From Epithemia pelagica (Eukaryota; Protista; Bacillariophyta): a stretch of 64,000 nt of DNA. The position numbers and the translations under genes are program-made. Each line of letters starts with the position of its first letter. Position 1 is the stretch's first letter. The notes under the pieces are model-generated. The model worked only from the letters and a program-made list of their open reading frames with translations. It did not search any database and was not told where the DNA came from. Where the stretch lies: assembly GCA_946965045.2 (NCBI GenBank), contig OX337234.1:3348001-3412000 (forward strand). Reading direction: 5' to 3'. This document shows, one piece after another, positions 32,701 through 44,199 of this stretch.

Positions 32701-35700
32701 TTGGAAGCGACGATGGCCATCCACTGGGAGAATCACTCGGTTGGGACGAAGGGTAGTCGCTGGGGTTTCCAGAAGGTGAAGAACTTGGTAGAGCGCTCGG
32801 AATCATGGACGGATCATTGCTAGGCAATGTGGAGGGATGGATCGAGGGACTCCTGGTCGGGTTTGTGGAGGGAGCATGGGTGGGCCGGTTGGTCGGTGAT
32901 AGTGTGGGATGGCCCGTTGGCTTGATCGACGGAGACTGACTCGGACTTTGCGAGGGAGCAATGGAGAGGCCTTCCAGAAGAGTGAAAAGTTCAAACAAGA
33001 GGTCCTCCTCCAAAGACGACCCAGCATTGGTAGGACCCGATCCCTCGTCGTAGGAAACCACCATGCGTGCCAGTTGCATACACTGAACATTCGTTTGACA
33101 CAGTCGAAGCTCAAATTCGGTCAAAAAGTCAAAGGTTACTCCTTCCTCCTTCGCAGTGTCGGTAAGGCGTCGCATCGTCTGGTACAATAGCCCCTGGACG
33201 GCTTTACTATTATCGCTCCTTTGGGTCATCCATGGTGGCTGCAGCTGTGCTGCTTGTGTCGAACGCAGGTCCCGATGATGGGAGTGTAAAAACACGTTGT
33301 TGGGGATGGATTTGGAAGTTTCGTCCTCACCTGGAATGTAAAAGACATTGGTGGACTGGTCCTGTGAATCTATGGAGTCGGTCTTGCCTTGATTTACATC
33401 GATCGGTACAGACACCTTGGAGGAGGAGGAGGAGGAGGAGGAGGAGGAGTCGTAGGGATCACTTTGGGAGTACGAAAACACATTGGGCAAGGATGAGGAG
33501 ACCGCCGTTACCGGCGATTTATTCGGGTCGCCTAGGGTGGTGGTGGTCGTCGTCGTCGTCAGGGGATTGGTTGCCAAAGTCTCGGCCGCACCAGCCGTGG
33601 CACCAATACTATCCGTCTGGTTGGAACTATTGCCTCGTCGTTCAAAGACCCGGTCACATCCATCGCACCACACGACTGTCGACACTTGACATTGCAAGAC
33701 GGGGCCTTCAAAATAGGTGGTCGTGTCGACCCATTCGCAACAGGTGGACTCATTGTGACAGGTCAATGTGACACTGGTCATGAGACGGGACAAGTCTCCT
33801 TCGCATCCACCAAATACATCATTGTAGGTGGAAGCAAACAATTCTTCAAACAAGAGCGCTTGTTCCACCGTCAAGGGCTGCAACTGATTGGTTTCGGCCG
33901 ACGATGTCGGGGGAATAAAGTCCAAGGTGACGGTACTATTGTGTTGAATGGCCTCGACGATGTTGGAACAATTGTAAATGGGTTCATTGATGGGTTCTGG
34001 TACCAAGGGTGTCGTAACGGGCGTCGTGGGGGTCGAGGTTTGGGTGGCCGCAACCGCGGCGGCTACCACGGATGCCACGGCCACGGCCGAAACCACTCCC
34101 ACTGCACCGGCTGCGGCCGAAGCACTTCCCGCTTCGCCACCCGATCCACCACCGAAACCTCCACCTCCGGCAGCCGCAGCCGCATTGGTCGAGGCCATGG
34201 TGCCTGTCGTTGTACGATGCCAAAACCAAACACACAAACCACCCAGAAACACAAAAGCACACACACACAAACCACACGAAAGGATTCCACAAGTAGGAGA
34301 GTGAGTCGTCCGGTTCTCCACCACACACCACATAGGGTTCTTGGCACACTATACTTCCACGTACCGGAAGCACAGGATCCAGCGGCATTGTTGGCCGCTG
34401 CCACGGCCATTTGATGCAAGACCAGTTGCATTCTAATTGCAAAAAAGAACACAGCCCAAACGAAAAACACCCACAGATACACAGGAAACGTCCAAGAACA
34501 AACACACGCACAAAAGAAACAGTTGGTGGTGGTGAGTCAACAAAACGAGAGAGCACCGTAAACAAGCCATATTTCAATACAAACAGCAGGAAGATCCAAC
34601 ACAACTCTGCTCTCCGTGCACACACGAGGCACTTTCGTGGTTGGCACGACACACACAAAACACACACACACTCGACCACACGAAACAAACAAACGTGACG
34701 TACTGTGTCGAAGTCGTGGCCGTGGTGGTAGCCGTTGTTGTAGTGGTCGTGGCCGCGGCGGCAACAGTCGTTTCGGCGGCCGCCGCGGTCGTCGTCGTCG
34801 TGGCCGCGGCAGCACTCGTGGTGGTTTCATGAAGAACGAGGGCCGCCGCCACGGCATCGTCTTCATCGACCAAGGAACTGGTAGCGGCCGTATTGCTCAT
34901 GCGCGCCAAGGCATTGCCCACAAAGACACCGACGGGGACGACCAAGGCCATGGCATGACCATACTTGTGTCTGTCGCGTTCCAGTCGTTGATCGTGACGT
35001 CTCGTCATGCTATCGACCGAATCCTCATCGTCCTCGTCATTACTGCAGTCGTCGTCGCTGTCGTTGTCGTCGTCACTTTGTTGTTGGTTCTTCTTGTTCT
35101 TCTTCTTCGTTTTCGTTTTCTGTTTGGGGTTGGTCGAGTCCAAGGCAGCGGCAAAGCCACCGACAGGACCACCACCACGATTGGACTCTTCCCCAGCATC
35201 CTTGTCGTCCTTGTCGTTGTCATCATCATCGTCCAGATGCCCCAAGAGAGACGAAGAATCCTGTTGGGGCAGCCGTGGTTCTTGGGTGGTTGCTGTCAAA
35301 GACGAAGAAGTAGTAGTAGTCCTCACTGCACGATTCGGTTCGGGTTCCTCCTCCTCGAGAATGGGAGAAACGGCAGTTCGTGGAGGAGGAGGGCGATGAG
35401 CATGCTTGTTCTTATTGTTGTTGGTGGCGGTATCTCCACGACGAGACTGGGTGTTTGCCCTTCTCCTCCTTCTCCTTGTTGCGGTTGTGGTTGTGGGTAT
35501 TGTTGTTGTGGTTTCTGCTGCTAGAGTGGTGGTACAAGAGGAGGAGCTCCGGGCCGCATCGAGGCTTGCATGTTGTTCTTGTTGGTGTTGTTGTTGGTGG
35601 TGGTGTTGTGGAACCACCGGAAGGGCGGATGCTGCGACCGATTCATTCGAATGCGACTGCGGGGGTCGTTGTCGTGTGGAAGAAGGAGGAGAAGAAGAAG

Positions 35701-35872
35701 ATGATGATGATGATGACGACGCATCGCCATCATCCCCAACACCACCATTGGTGGGAGGTATTCTTGTTCTGTGGCTGTTGCTTCTCCTTCTTGTCGTCGT
35801 CGTCGTCGTCGTGGTGTGGACCGACGGCGGCTGGTGCGTGTAATGATTGTCCTCCTTGTTGTGTTTCTTCAT
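29782..35872 (-). CDS. Membrane-anchored Pro/Ser-rich mucin-like protein 2 with C-terminal legume (L-type) lectin domain, 4 exons, ~1861 aa
   Basis: Exons 35872-34704, 34432-34365, 34203-30223 and 30149-29782 (5586 nt, frame continuous). Lectin motifs GDGMAFVIHQD, VELDSWFN...NRIHV and YIGFSAGTGG. CNDDDNCTADIC module before the lectin domain. Confidence 0.85.
30940..31230 (-). repeat. 96-bp (32-aa) coding tandem repeat, three copies (PSLxPSQEPSSxPSxLPSESPS...); boundaries approximate
   Basis: Visible in the translation of ORF 30143..34333. Confidence 0.8.
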
Positions 35873-36551
35873 TGTTGTCAACCGAGATTCCTGGCACCAC
35901 CCGTTCTACATTCCATTCTTCTATTCGATTCTAATAGTTCTTGTGGAGCCTTTTTGCTTTGAGTTTCCAATGGTTTGTTCTCTCTCTCTTTTGGTTCTCT
36001 GTGTTCTCTCTCTTTTGGTTCTGTTTCACAGGAGTGGTGCTTCTCTGTGAGTTGGTTCGTGCGTGGTTGTGGTTGTGGTTGTGGTGCTCGTTGTGAATGA
36101 ATGGTCTCATTCATCTCTCCAGAGAGGTGCGCTCTCTCATCACTCTCCATACATCCGTAATTTCACCGGTCGGACGAGGAGGCGAAACACACACACACAA
36201 GATCTCTCTCTCTCGCGTTTGTTGGGGGGTTAGTTGGGGGCTGGTTTGAAGGCCATTGTGGAAAACGCGGGATTGATAAGGAATATGGACTGGAACGTCA
36301 CAAGGGGCTTTGTTCGAAAGTTGTTCCGGTGGTTCGGATCGAGGACAATTCACGCGGGCCCATTCCCTGGAGTCTCGCTGAGACATGGATGCCACGTCAT
36401 CCGGTACTCAAGCACTCTCGATCTTTCACGTTGATGGTATTGTTATTAATTACTATTTACATATATAACTTATGGACGCTCGAGAGTGTTGCATCCAACG
36501 GCTTGGAGTCTGAAGTCTGAAGCCGCAGTTCGACAACGGCACTCGAATACC

Positions 36552-38661
36552 ATGGTTGGCACGGAGAAGAAACATCGCGATCTCATGCTCCCACCCCCCG
36601 ACGAGACGTATGTGGGATCATCCTCAGCATCATCTTCGAGTAGTAGTAGTGACCACGATGATGGAGCCAGGAAGGCCGTGGAAATGACATGCTTGGGCGA
36701 CAAGGACGACGACCAGGACGATACTCATTTGTGGAATCCTCCTCCCAGTGCTCCCACGGCCCTGCAAGAGGACGATTTGGAAGAAGAAACAGTGCAAGGG
36801 AGTCGGACTCTGTATCGTCATTCGTTGGAAGACGACGACGACGACGATGACGATGAATGGGACGATGATGAGGGAGGATTTGCCATGTCCCCACCGACCA
36901 ATCATGGCTCCCGATTGTATCATCCGCTCGGTTCCCGAACCGGACGCACGACTTGTACGACGCGCATTTGGCAAGCCTTGTCGATTGTCGTGCTGAGTTT
37001 GACGGTCGCCGTCTGGTATCGTTTCGTGGGCGGCCCCAATTCCTATCCCCCGGCGTGGATGTCGTCCTCGTCGGGTTCGACCAGTCATTATGTTGCCACG
37101 ACCAAACCGTCGACCCACCACCACTATGCCTTTACGGCCGACGAAATTCGGCGCATGCAACAACACTTGACCCCGCACCCCTTGTACCTCGACAACACGA
37201 CGGGCAGTGTGACACGCCATCAATTGTTGCATTTGCATCACATGAAAACGGGAGGCACCTGTACGTATTGTCGTAGTGGTAGCATTCTGGACGACGAGAC
37301 TCTCACCAGTGCCTTTTTTTCGTTCTTTGGTGTTTTTATTTTCGTTGCTCCACTATACATATATCTTTGGTTCTTCCTTGTCGTTGTTTGGCTCCACTCC
37401 AAAATCCAACTCCACCACCGCCAACCATATGACACACTTGTCGTCGTCGTCGTCGTCGTTGCATGATAAACCATATCATTTCCATTCACACACCCAAACA
37501 AACATATAAACAGCCTTGGATGCCTTGATTCGTTGTGGCGTCAAACGATGGGAATCGCTGCATCATGCAACGACGGCAACGAGAATTCCCTATACCAGTT
37601 TGCACGAATGTGGACCGCAACGCTATAAAGAGTGCAAAGAGGGAACGGACCAACAGTGTCATGCCCAAATGCAACGGGCCAGTGTGGCCAGTTTTTGTGC
37701 TCCGTTGCGCGATTTGTCCGCCTTTGATTGGACGACAACAATGTCCAGTCCTCCGAAGGAGACGCCGAGCCATGGTTCGACGACCACGACAACGACTGCC
37801 ACACCCACAACGACGACGACCCTTCCGAATCCTTCCTGGCATGCGGTTACCGTGTTGCGCGATCCGGTCGACCGGGTCTGGTCCATGTATCGCTTCAAGA
37901 CCAAATTTTGTTATGCCTGTCTGAGTTTGGCGGAGGTGTACGCCGTGATTGCCAATGGGACATACCAAAATCATTTTGTGAAAACCATGGGTCCCAACTA
38001 CGCACCGCCCTATGCCCATCATTGTGCCAGTCAATTGCAAAATCACATGACGCGCAATCTGTTGGTTCGGACACCCACCTTGCCGGGAAGTACTCCCACG
38101 GCCAATTGGACCATGGAGGACTACGATGCCCTCTTGTGGAGCAACACCACAACCACCACGACAGCAATGACGACGAATTGGACGCCCGACCAACTAAAAG
38201 CGGCCCGGTCCGCCTTGGTCCAACAAGCAGTGGAGGATTTGCACTCCGTCTTTACCATTGTCGGTTTGACGGAAGAGTTGCCCCTGACGCGGCGTATGGT
38301 CGGTCACGTCTTTCCCTGGTTGGCCCAAACATTGAACGTGGGAAGTGACGGCAAGAACCACAACACTAGTACCAAACCGCCACAACAATGTGTCTTGCCG
38401 CACGCCAATGCCTCTCCCCGCAACAATCGGTGTGGACCCGATGGCATTTCTCATTGGGACTTGCCCCCTCATCCTTCGGCGGCCGATGCCGCCTTGATTC
38501 GACAGTACAATGCCTTGGACATGCAAGTCTATCAAGCCGCCCAACGACAATTTGCCTTGCAACAAGTCGCCCTCGGATGGCAACAGGCACAGCCGCAGCC
38601 GTCCTCGGGCCAGCATCCACCACAAGTACAACATGCACAACCACCGGGCCACCAACCGTAA
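36552..38661 (+). CDS. Golgi-type carbohydrate sulfotransferase, 2 exons, ~618 aa
   Basis: Exons 36552-37260 and 37514-38661. 5'PSB HHMKTGGT|S spans the intron. 3'PB VTVLRDPVDRVWSMY. Also VGLTEE and NALDMQVY. N-terminal TM segment. Confidence 0.87.
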
Positions 38662-39264
38662 CAATCAAAAGACTCTCATCCACTGTGGTGGTCCCGACCA
38701 CCAACGCCAAATACATACATACACAGTCACAGAGATGGCACCCTCCATTGGAGGGGATTCACACGTTACAAGGATTCGGCACACACGTGTTCCACAATGA
38801 AATGTCGAGGGGAGATATTCCAGCAGTATAGTTAGAAAACATGGATGGACAATGATGGGTTCCATGGTTTGTACAGTTATATACATATATACATACACCA
38901 AGAATAAAGTGTCATGGATTCAGACCGTTGCAGATCCAATAAACTAGGTTTAGTTAGTTCATTGTCGATATGCACCCACCCAACACCGCGAACAATTGTC
39001 GGCGCGGATCCAACAAGGGCGATGGAACCTACCTACACTGGACCCGGAACTGATGCTAGCTGCTCTCTCGTCTTTTCGGTGAAGACGAATTGTCATTGAG
39101 TGTATGGTTTATCGGGTCGTTCCAGTCCTGGCTGTTGGATCCTATACATCATGACGCTGGGGAAGAGTGGGGACGCGGTCCCTTGTTGGTCAAAGCATTT
39201 CAACGTTGGAAAGATGTGATTCCCGTTTCTTCCATTTCCATGATCATGGTGGTCGCAGGAACAC

Positions 39265-39512
39265 CAAGAAACAGAATCTTGAACCTTCCATGGACTCTTC
39301 TTTTGCTTCCTCCTCGTTTGCCTCTTCAAGAAACAGAATCTTGAACCTTCCATGGACTCTTCTTTTGCTTCCTCCTCGTTTGCCTCTTCAAGAAACAGAA
39401 TCTTGAACCTTCCATGGACTCTTCTTTTGCTTCCTCCTCGTTTGCCTCTTCAAGAAACAGAATCTTGAACCTTCCATGGACTCTTCTTTTGCTTCCTCCT
39501 CGTTTGCCTCTT
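39265..39512 (+). repeat. Four perfect tandem copies of a 62-bp unit containing the ATG of the downstream gene
   Basis: Units start at 39265, 39327, 39389 and 39451. Confidence 0.95.
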
Positions 39513-41117
39513 CTTCTATGACCTCATCCTCCTTTTCAGACGAGGATTCGTCGTCCACCAATATGTCAGACTCTGGATGGTTGCAAAATTTGACAAGCTG
39601 CCAAGAACGATTTCAGGTCCTGCTACAGCAACGAATGTGGGTGGAGAGTGTGGATCGACAAGTTCTGGATGCCATTCATCGCTTTCAGGAACAGTTGGAT
39701 CGATTTTGAGCCCTTCTTGAGAACTCCACCAGCGCAGCAAGGGCGTCCACGACAACAGCAACTACTGCTACGCCTACGGGTGAGGTCGGATCAAGGCAAG
39801 CCATCAGCAATACCAGGAGCACAAGGTCTTGCAAATCAACAGCCACTACCGCCTATGCAATCGACTCCAATGGAGTTATCCAACTCGGAACACTCACAAC
39901 AAGAACAACAAGAGTTGGAAAAGCACTTTTGTTACATTCGTTGGGACGCCTTTGACCACTTTCGGCAGTCTCCCACTCAAGAATACCTGCAGGCAGTGTT
40001 GATTCCCTTTGACTGTACTCAGAACATTGTCCATCTCTTCCATACGCATGACAGTATTGAAGACATGGAGGATCACGATTGTTGGTTCTATGATGGCTTT
40101 TTCTTTGACCTCTGTTGTACGTGTTGGGAGCCCCTCGTGTCGTCGACCGACCAGGCGGAACGCGACCGTCTCCGTTCTCTCTTGTTGCGATACTGTCACG
40201 TCTTTGTGGTCAGTCCCATCCAAGTTCTGGCCGAGACACGATTTCAAGTGCTTCGGGATTGTATGTACGCCTTGAAGAATAACAAACTGGTTTTGAATGA
40301 AAATGTGAGAATGGTCATGGATGTTTCGGGATGCGATCCGACCTTTGAAACCGTTCAAGACATTTTGCGCCAATCTAAAGATTATAGTTCGGAACGGAAT
40401 GAGCTGATTGGGTATTTACGGGAATTCTTTTCCGAGCATGTCCCGTACAAATTGATTCGAGTTCAGGATCTCCTCAAGGCCAAGGACTGGAATACCGTCC
40501 AGACGATTCCATTGGATTTCAAACACTTTGATCGGTCCAAAGTCCTCATGATTTCCCATCGGTGGCCGGAAGAGGATTGCCCCGATCCGGACCAGAAAAA
40601 GCTCCGAATGATTCAAAATTATCTCCATGAAAAGTGCCAGAATCTAGAGTATGAGCATGTCTTTGTGGATTTCAAGTGCATTCAGCATTACATTGCCAAT
40701 GACAAGGACGGCTTACTCCTCGAGATGAACAACCTTTACAAGGTTTGCAATTGCTTTTGCATTATGGACGAATTGTATTTTCAAAGAGCATGGTGCTTGT
40801 TTGAACTTTGTGTCAACTTGTTTTATCACGAATCGGCTAAATCGCCCATTCTTGTTCATAAGTCGCACTATCGAGTGAAGCAGGAACCGGTCTGGGAACG
40901 ACTCCAAAAGATGATGCGCACCCGGGGAGTTGGGTATCGATCGACTCTGGAGGACCATTTTGAAATTGGAGGCAAGATGTACCCCTTGCCTTGCAATGCA
41001 GATGAATTGAATCATCAATTGAAGGAACTCATTCGATCTTCCAAGGTGACCAAGCCAAAAGACATTGCTCGCATTCTCTACTTGTTTGACGTTTTGATAC
41101 AAAAGAAGCGGCCATGA
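39476..41117 (+). CDS. HET-like (heterokaryon incompatibility/TIR-related) domain protein; 5' part not in frame with the main ORF
   Basis: Main ORF 39648..41117 has LMISHRW, VFVDFKCIQH, EMNNLY and YFQRAWCLFE. The upstream ORF 39476..39709 is in another frame, so an intron, frameshift or nonsense change is unresolved. Confidence 0.65.
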
Positions 41118-41873
41118 CGGCATTGTGGTTGCTGATATTCCGTTCTTTGGTTGGAATCATCACACTCCAACAACCAACAAATGTTGTTCTCTTGTTGCAT
41201 CATCCATCGAGAGAACACAGACACTTGCGCGCCAGTTGTCTGTGGTTGTCTGTGTATATCTCTCTCGTCTTTGGTGGTGGGTGCGTTTCATGTTCCCCTC
41301 GTGCGGCAGCCCCAGTAGTAGAGGGCGATATACAGTCTATTCTATATGACAGGGGATGCACTGGGCAAACAATCCGGATTCCTTGCCACTCGTTCTGCCA
41401 AACTTCATCATTCTGGCATGTGACACTTTGGACATCTGAGAGTGCACCTTGGAGAGAATGGAAGAGCCACCGAAACACCGGACTATGCGGCATGGTATAG
41501 AATACAATCCATACTACAATACTGCATTGGTTCTGCTTGGTTCGATCGTGATAGCATTCGATACTGGTGACTACTATAATGCATGGTTTCTGCGTGGGTT
41601 CGATCGTGACAGCGTGGTGCGGGCGATGGTACAATCCCTAGGTAGTAGTGCGCCGTTTGTCGCTGCTTTCGTTCATTTGTCAATTTTGGTCCCATCCTCG
41701 CCTTGGGTTCCCGGAGGACTCTTGGTGGCATTCTTTGGTGTTTGTCAGCAGTAAGAGGAACCACCAAGAAGAAGAGGATGAGTTGGATTGCAATTTGCAA
41801 AATGTGAGAGCGGTAATAGATATAATTTTGTGTTGGCAGCAGTAGGACACACGTTATCGCCAGCCATGCCGAT
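40919..41873 (+). repeat. Diverged direct repeat, copy 1 (~955 bp): HET 3' end plus downstream sequence
   Basis: Collinear with 44200-45134, from CACCCGGGGAGTTGG to CAGCCATGCC. Confidence 0.9.
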
Positions 41874-42542
41874 CAATCTACATCTCTCAGTAACTGTCAA
41901 ATCAGTTTGCCGACGTTGTATTCGCGACTCACGTTTTCTCACTCCCACGTAACTTCTAACTTCGCATTGACGATTGACGACACTAAGATGGACGACGAAT
42001 TGACAAGTGGGCGACCGGAGATTGTGTGTGTACCAACATTCGTCGGATCCAGCACTACCCACAAATGCAGCGCGAGGTAATTACCAGTCTAATTGCGTGG
42101 GAAAATCCGAGGTGTTGGTGGTTTGTGCTTGGTTTCATTGTATTTACGAGTTCTCCCTCGCTCTCCTCTACCTTGTGGCATTGTTGCTTTTGATGATGAA
42201 AAGGACCTGCGTTCTCTTTGGTAGCGATTCACCCCTGTATCTGGTTTTACCTTGTTCTACCGAGTTTTGAAGAGCGCTTTATACCCTGCTGAAGTAGGAA
42301 GAATCGAAAGTTCTCGAAACCCTCAAGATCAACCCTCGGGCCATTGGCTCGACGAACGTACAAGTCGCACGCGAAATTGCAAATGATCTTTGAGCCAGAG
42401 ACACACAAGCAACGTTTTCGGTGTTCTTTCATCTTTCCGTACTAGCCGCGCCTGAGGGACCTATTGACTGATGTTCCAAGATATCCAAATTCCACAATCA
42501 TGAGTCACGGGTTTTTCAAGTCAAGCATTATGAACATGGGCG

Positions 42543-43577
42543 TTAGGCACTGCTCTTCGTCTTCTTCAACTTGCCGCCTCCAAGAGCATCCTCAACAATT
42601 TTTTTCTGGGACAGCAAAATACCCACGAGTTGTTCTGCAACTGATTTAACGGAAGCCGCGAGAAACGCTCTGCTAATATCAAACGCATGTGACCGAACCG
42701 CGAGACGGTTCGAACCATCGTTCGGTTCCGGATCCAGTCGAACAAACACCCATCCACTATAGGTTGTTGCCACACCGTATATAGGGAAATCTACGGGTAG
42801 GGGTCGTTTCCTCATTGCCTCGCTCGCTGCGGTAAGTTGAGCCAAGTTTTGATAGACGCCTTTATCGAGATCATCCTTCTTCCCTTCCGTAATACATAAT
42901 ATGTTGAACTGTTGAAATTTCGCCACCCAGTCTACTGGCCCCTTTCCTTTGGAACCTTCAATTTGCTCTTCGCAGGCAAGCTTGACACCAGCATGCTTGG
43001 CCGACAAAGCAAGAATGGGGGAGATGAATTCACGTTTGGTATTTTCGCAACCACTTTCGATCGGATCGTACAACTCGTATTTCAGCTTGAGGTCAGCGAT
43101 TGCATGGGTCAAGTGAACGTCGTCATCTGGAATGTGAACTGCAGCTGGAAAAGTCTCAAGCTTTGAGTCAAATTTCAAGTCATCTCCAGCAGCGATTCCG
43201 GCGTACAGCAGCGCCTCTGCCTTTGAAAATTCCGAGAATCCAATTTGAGTGGCCTTGACATACGCCAACATTGGGCTCGCGTGAATGAGCAAATAGTCAT
43301 CCGACAGTCGTACTTTTCCGTCCTTATCTTCATACAGATCAAATTCGACTCCTTCCAAATTCCACGGCCCAGAGATTTGTCTGAAGATGAAGTCTCTGGT
43401 CAAGCCGACCCGAATCACAGAGAATGCCATCTGCTTCCGTCCATACTTGACCGTGATGCTGACAGTGTGGCTGCCTTTCAACAACTCACGCTCTGCTTTC
43501 GTGAAAACTACACCGCCCTCAGTCGTATCCTGAAGCTTCTGTGAAATAGCAGCAATTAAGGTCGGTGCTGCTGCCAT
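42543..43577 (-). CDS. Crinkler-like protein with PD-(D/E)xK restriction-endonuclease-fold C-terminal domain, 344 aa
   Basis: Motifs ENTKREFISPIL, GKGPVDW, ITEGKKDD, GVYQNLAQL and IYGVATTYSGWVF. Small N-terminal domain. Intronless. Start set at ATG 43577. Confidence 0.7.
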   Translation of the reverse strand: MAAAPTLIAAISQKLQDTTEGGVVFTKAERELLKGSHTVSITVKYGRKQMAFSVIRVGLTRDFIFRQISGPWNLEGVEFDLYEDKDGKVRLSDDYLLIHASPMLAYVKATQIGFSEFSKAEALLYAGIAAGDDLKFDSKLETFPAAVHIPDDDVHLTHAIADLKLKYELYDPIESGCENTKREFISPILALSAKHAGVKLACEEQIEGSKGKGPVDWVAKFQQFNILCITEGKKDDLDKGVYQNLAQLTAASEAMRKRPLPVDFPIYGVATTYSGWVFVRLDPEPNDGSNRLAVRSHAFDISRAFLAASVKSVAEQLVGILLSQKKIVEDALGGGKLKKTKSSA

Positions 43578-43806
43578 GTTGAGATTAATTGCTTCGCCGC
43601 TTGTTCTTTCATGCGATGTCGTTGGGGGTGAGCATCTTCTACTGCAACTTCCGGTAACTACACGTGAGTCGCATATTCTGACCCAATACCCAACGGACGA
43701 AATTAAAAACAACGTCTACAAAGGATCGATATTAATACAAAGTACGTATTTTGATACCATACTCGTAGAATATGGTTTTCCATTCTCTAGTATGGAACAA
43801 GCGGGA

Positions 43807-44046
43807 ATGTCGTTTGTATATCGTTTGATGTCGTTTGATGTCGTTTCGGGCTCGCGCGGAAACATGGTTTGTATCAAATTCCAGCGGTTTACTTTCGGTT
43901 AATGGGCCTACCGCCAATGATTGACTCATCACCGTGTTTTCTCTCTTGAAGATTTCCAACTGATGGAGAGTATCGATTCTTTTGGCGCGATGAAAACATC
44001 CGACATCAAACGACATCAAACGACATCAAACGACATCAAACGACAT
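43807..44046. repeat. Inverted arrays of the 10-mer CGACATCAAA (left 43807-43846, right 44001-44046)
   Basis: Left arm is TTTGATGTCG-type repeats and right arm is four CGACATCAAA copies plus a partial, with a ~155-bp spacer. Confidence 0.9.
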
Positions 44047-44199
44047 CTACCAAATCCTCAAACATCCGTGACTCTGGATGTTTGCCTCATATCGAAAGAA
44101 GTATCTGTGATAATGAAGAAAGATAACCGGATGTTATATCGTGACGATACTCTGAGTAGTAGAAAGATTACCTACGAAATGCTACTGTGACTGTGGGCA

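Noticed and set aside
25784-33190. Many long Gly/Glu-rich ORFs antisense to the PSxx genes (e.g. 25784..26794, 30459..31016)
   Set aside because: Shadow frames of Pro/Ser codon repeats, with no independent motifs or splice support.
39265-39512. CRISPR-like appearance of the 62-bp array
   Set aside because: Units are contiguous and identical with no spacers, there are no cas genes, and the context is eukaryotic.
41114-41500. ATGA stop/start overlap after the HET ORF suggesting operon-like coupling
   Set aside because: The reading frame is not conserved between the two repeat copies and the host is eukaryotic, so it is likely chance.
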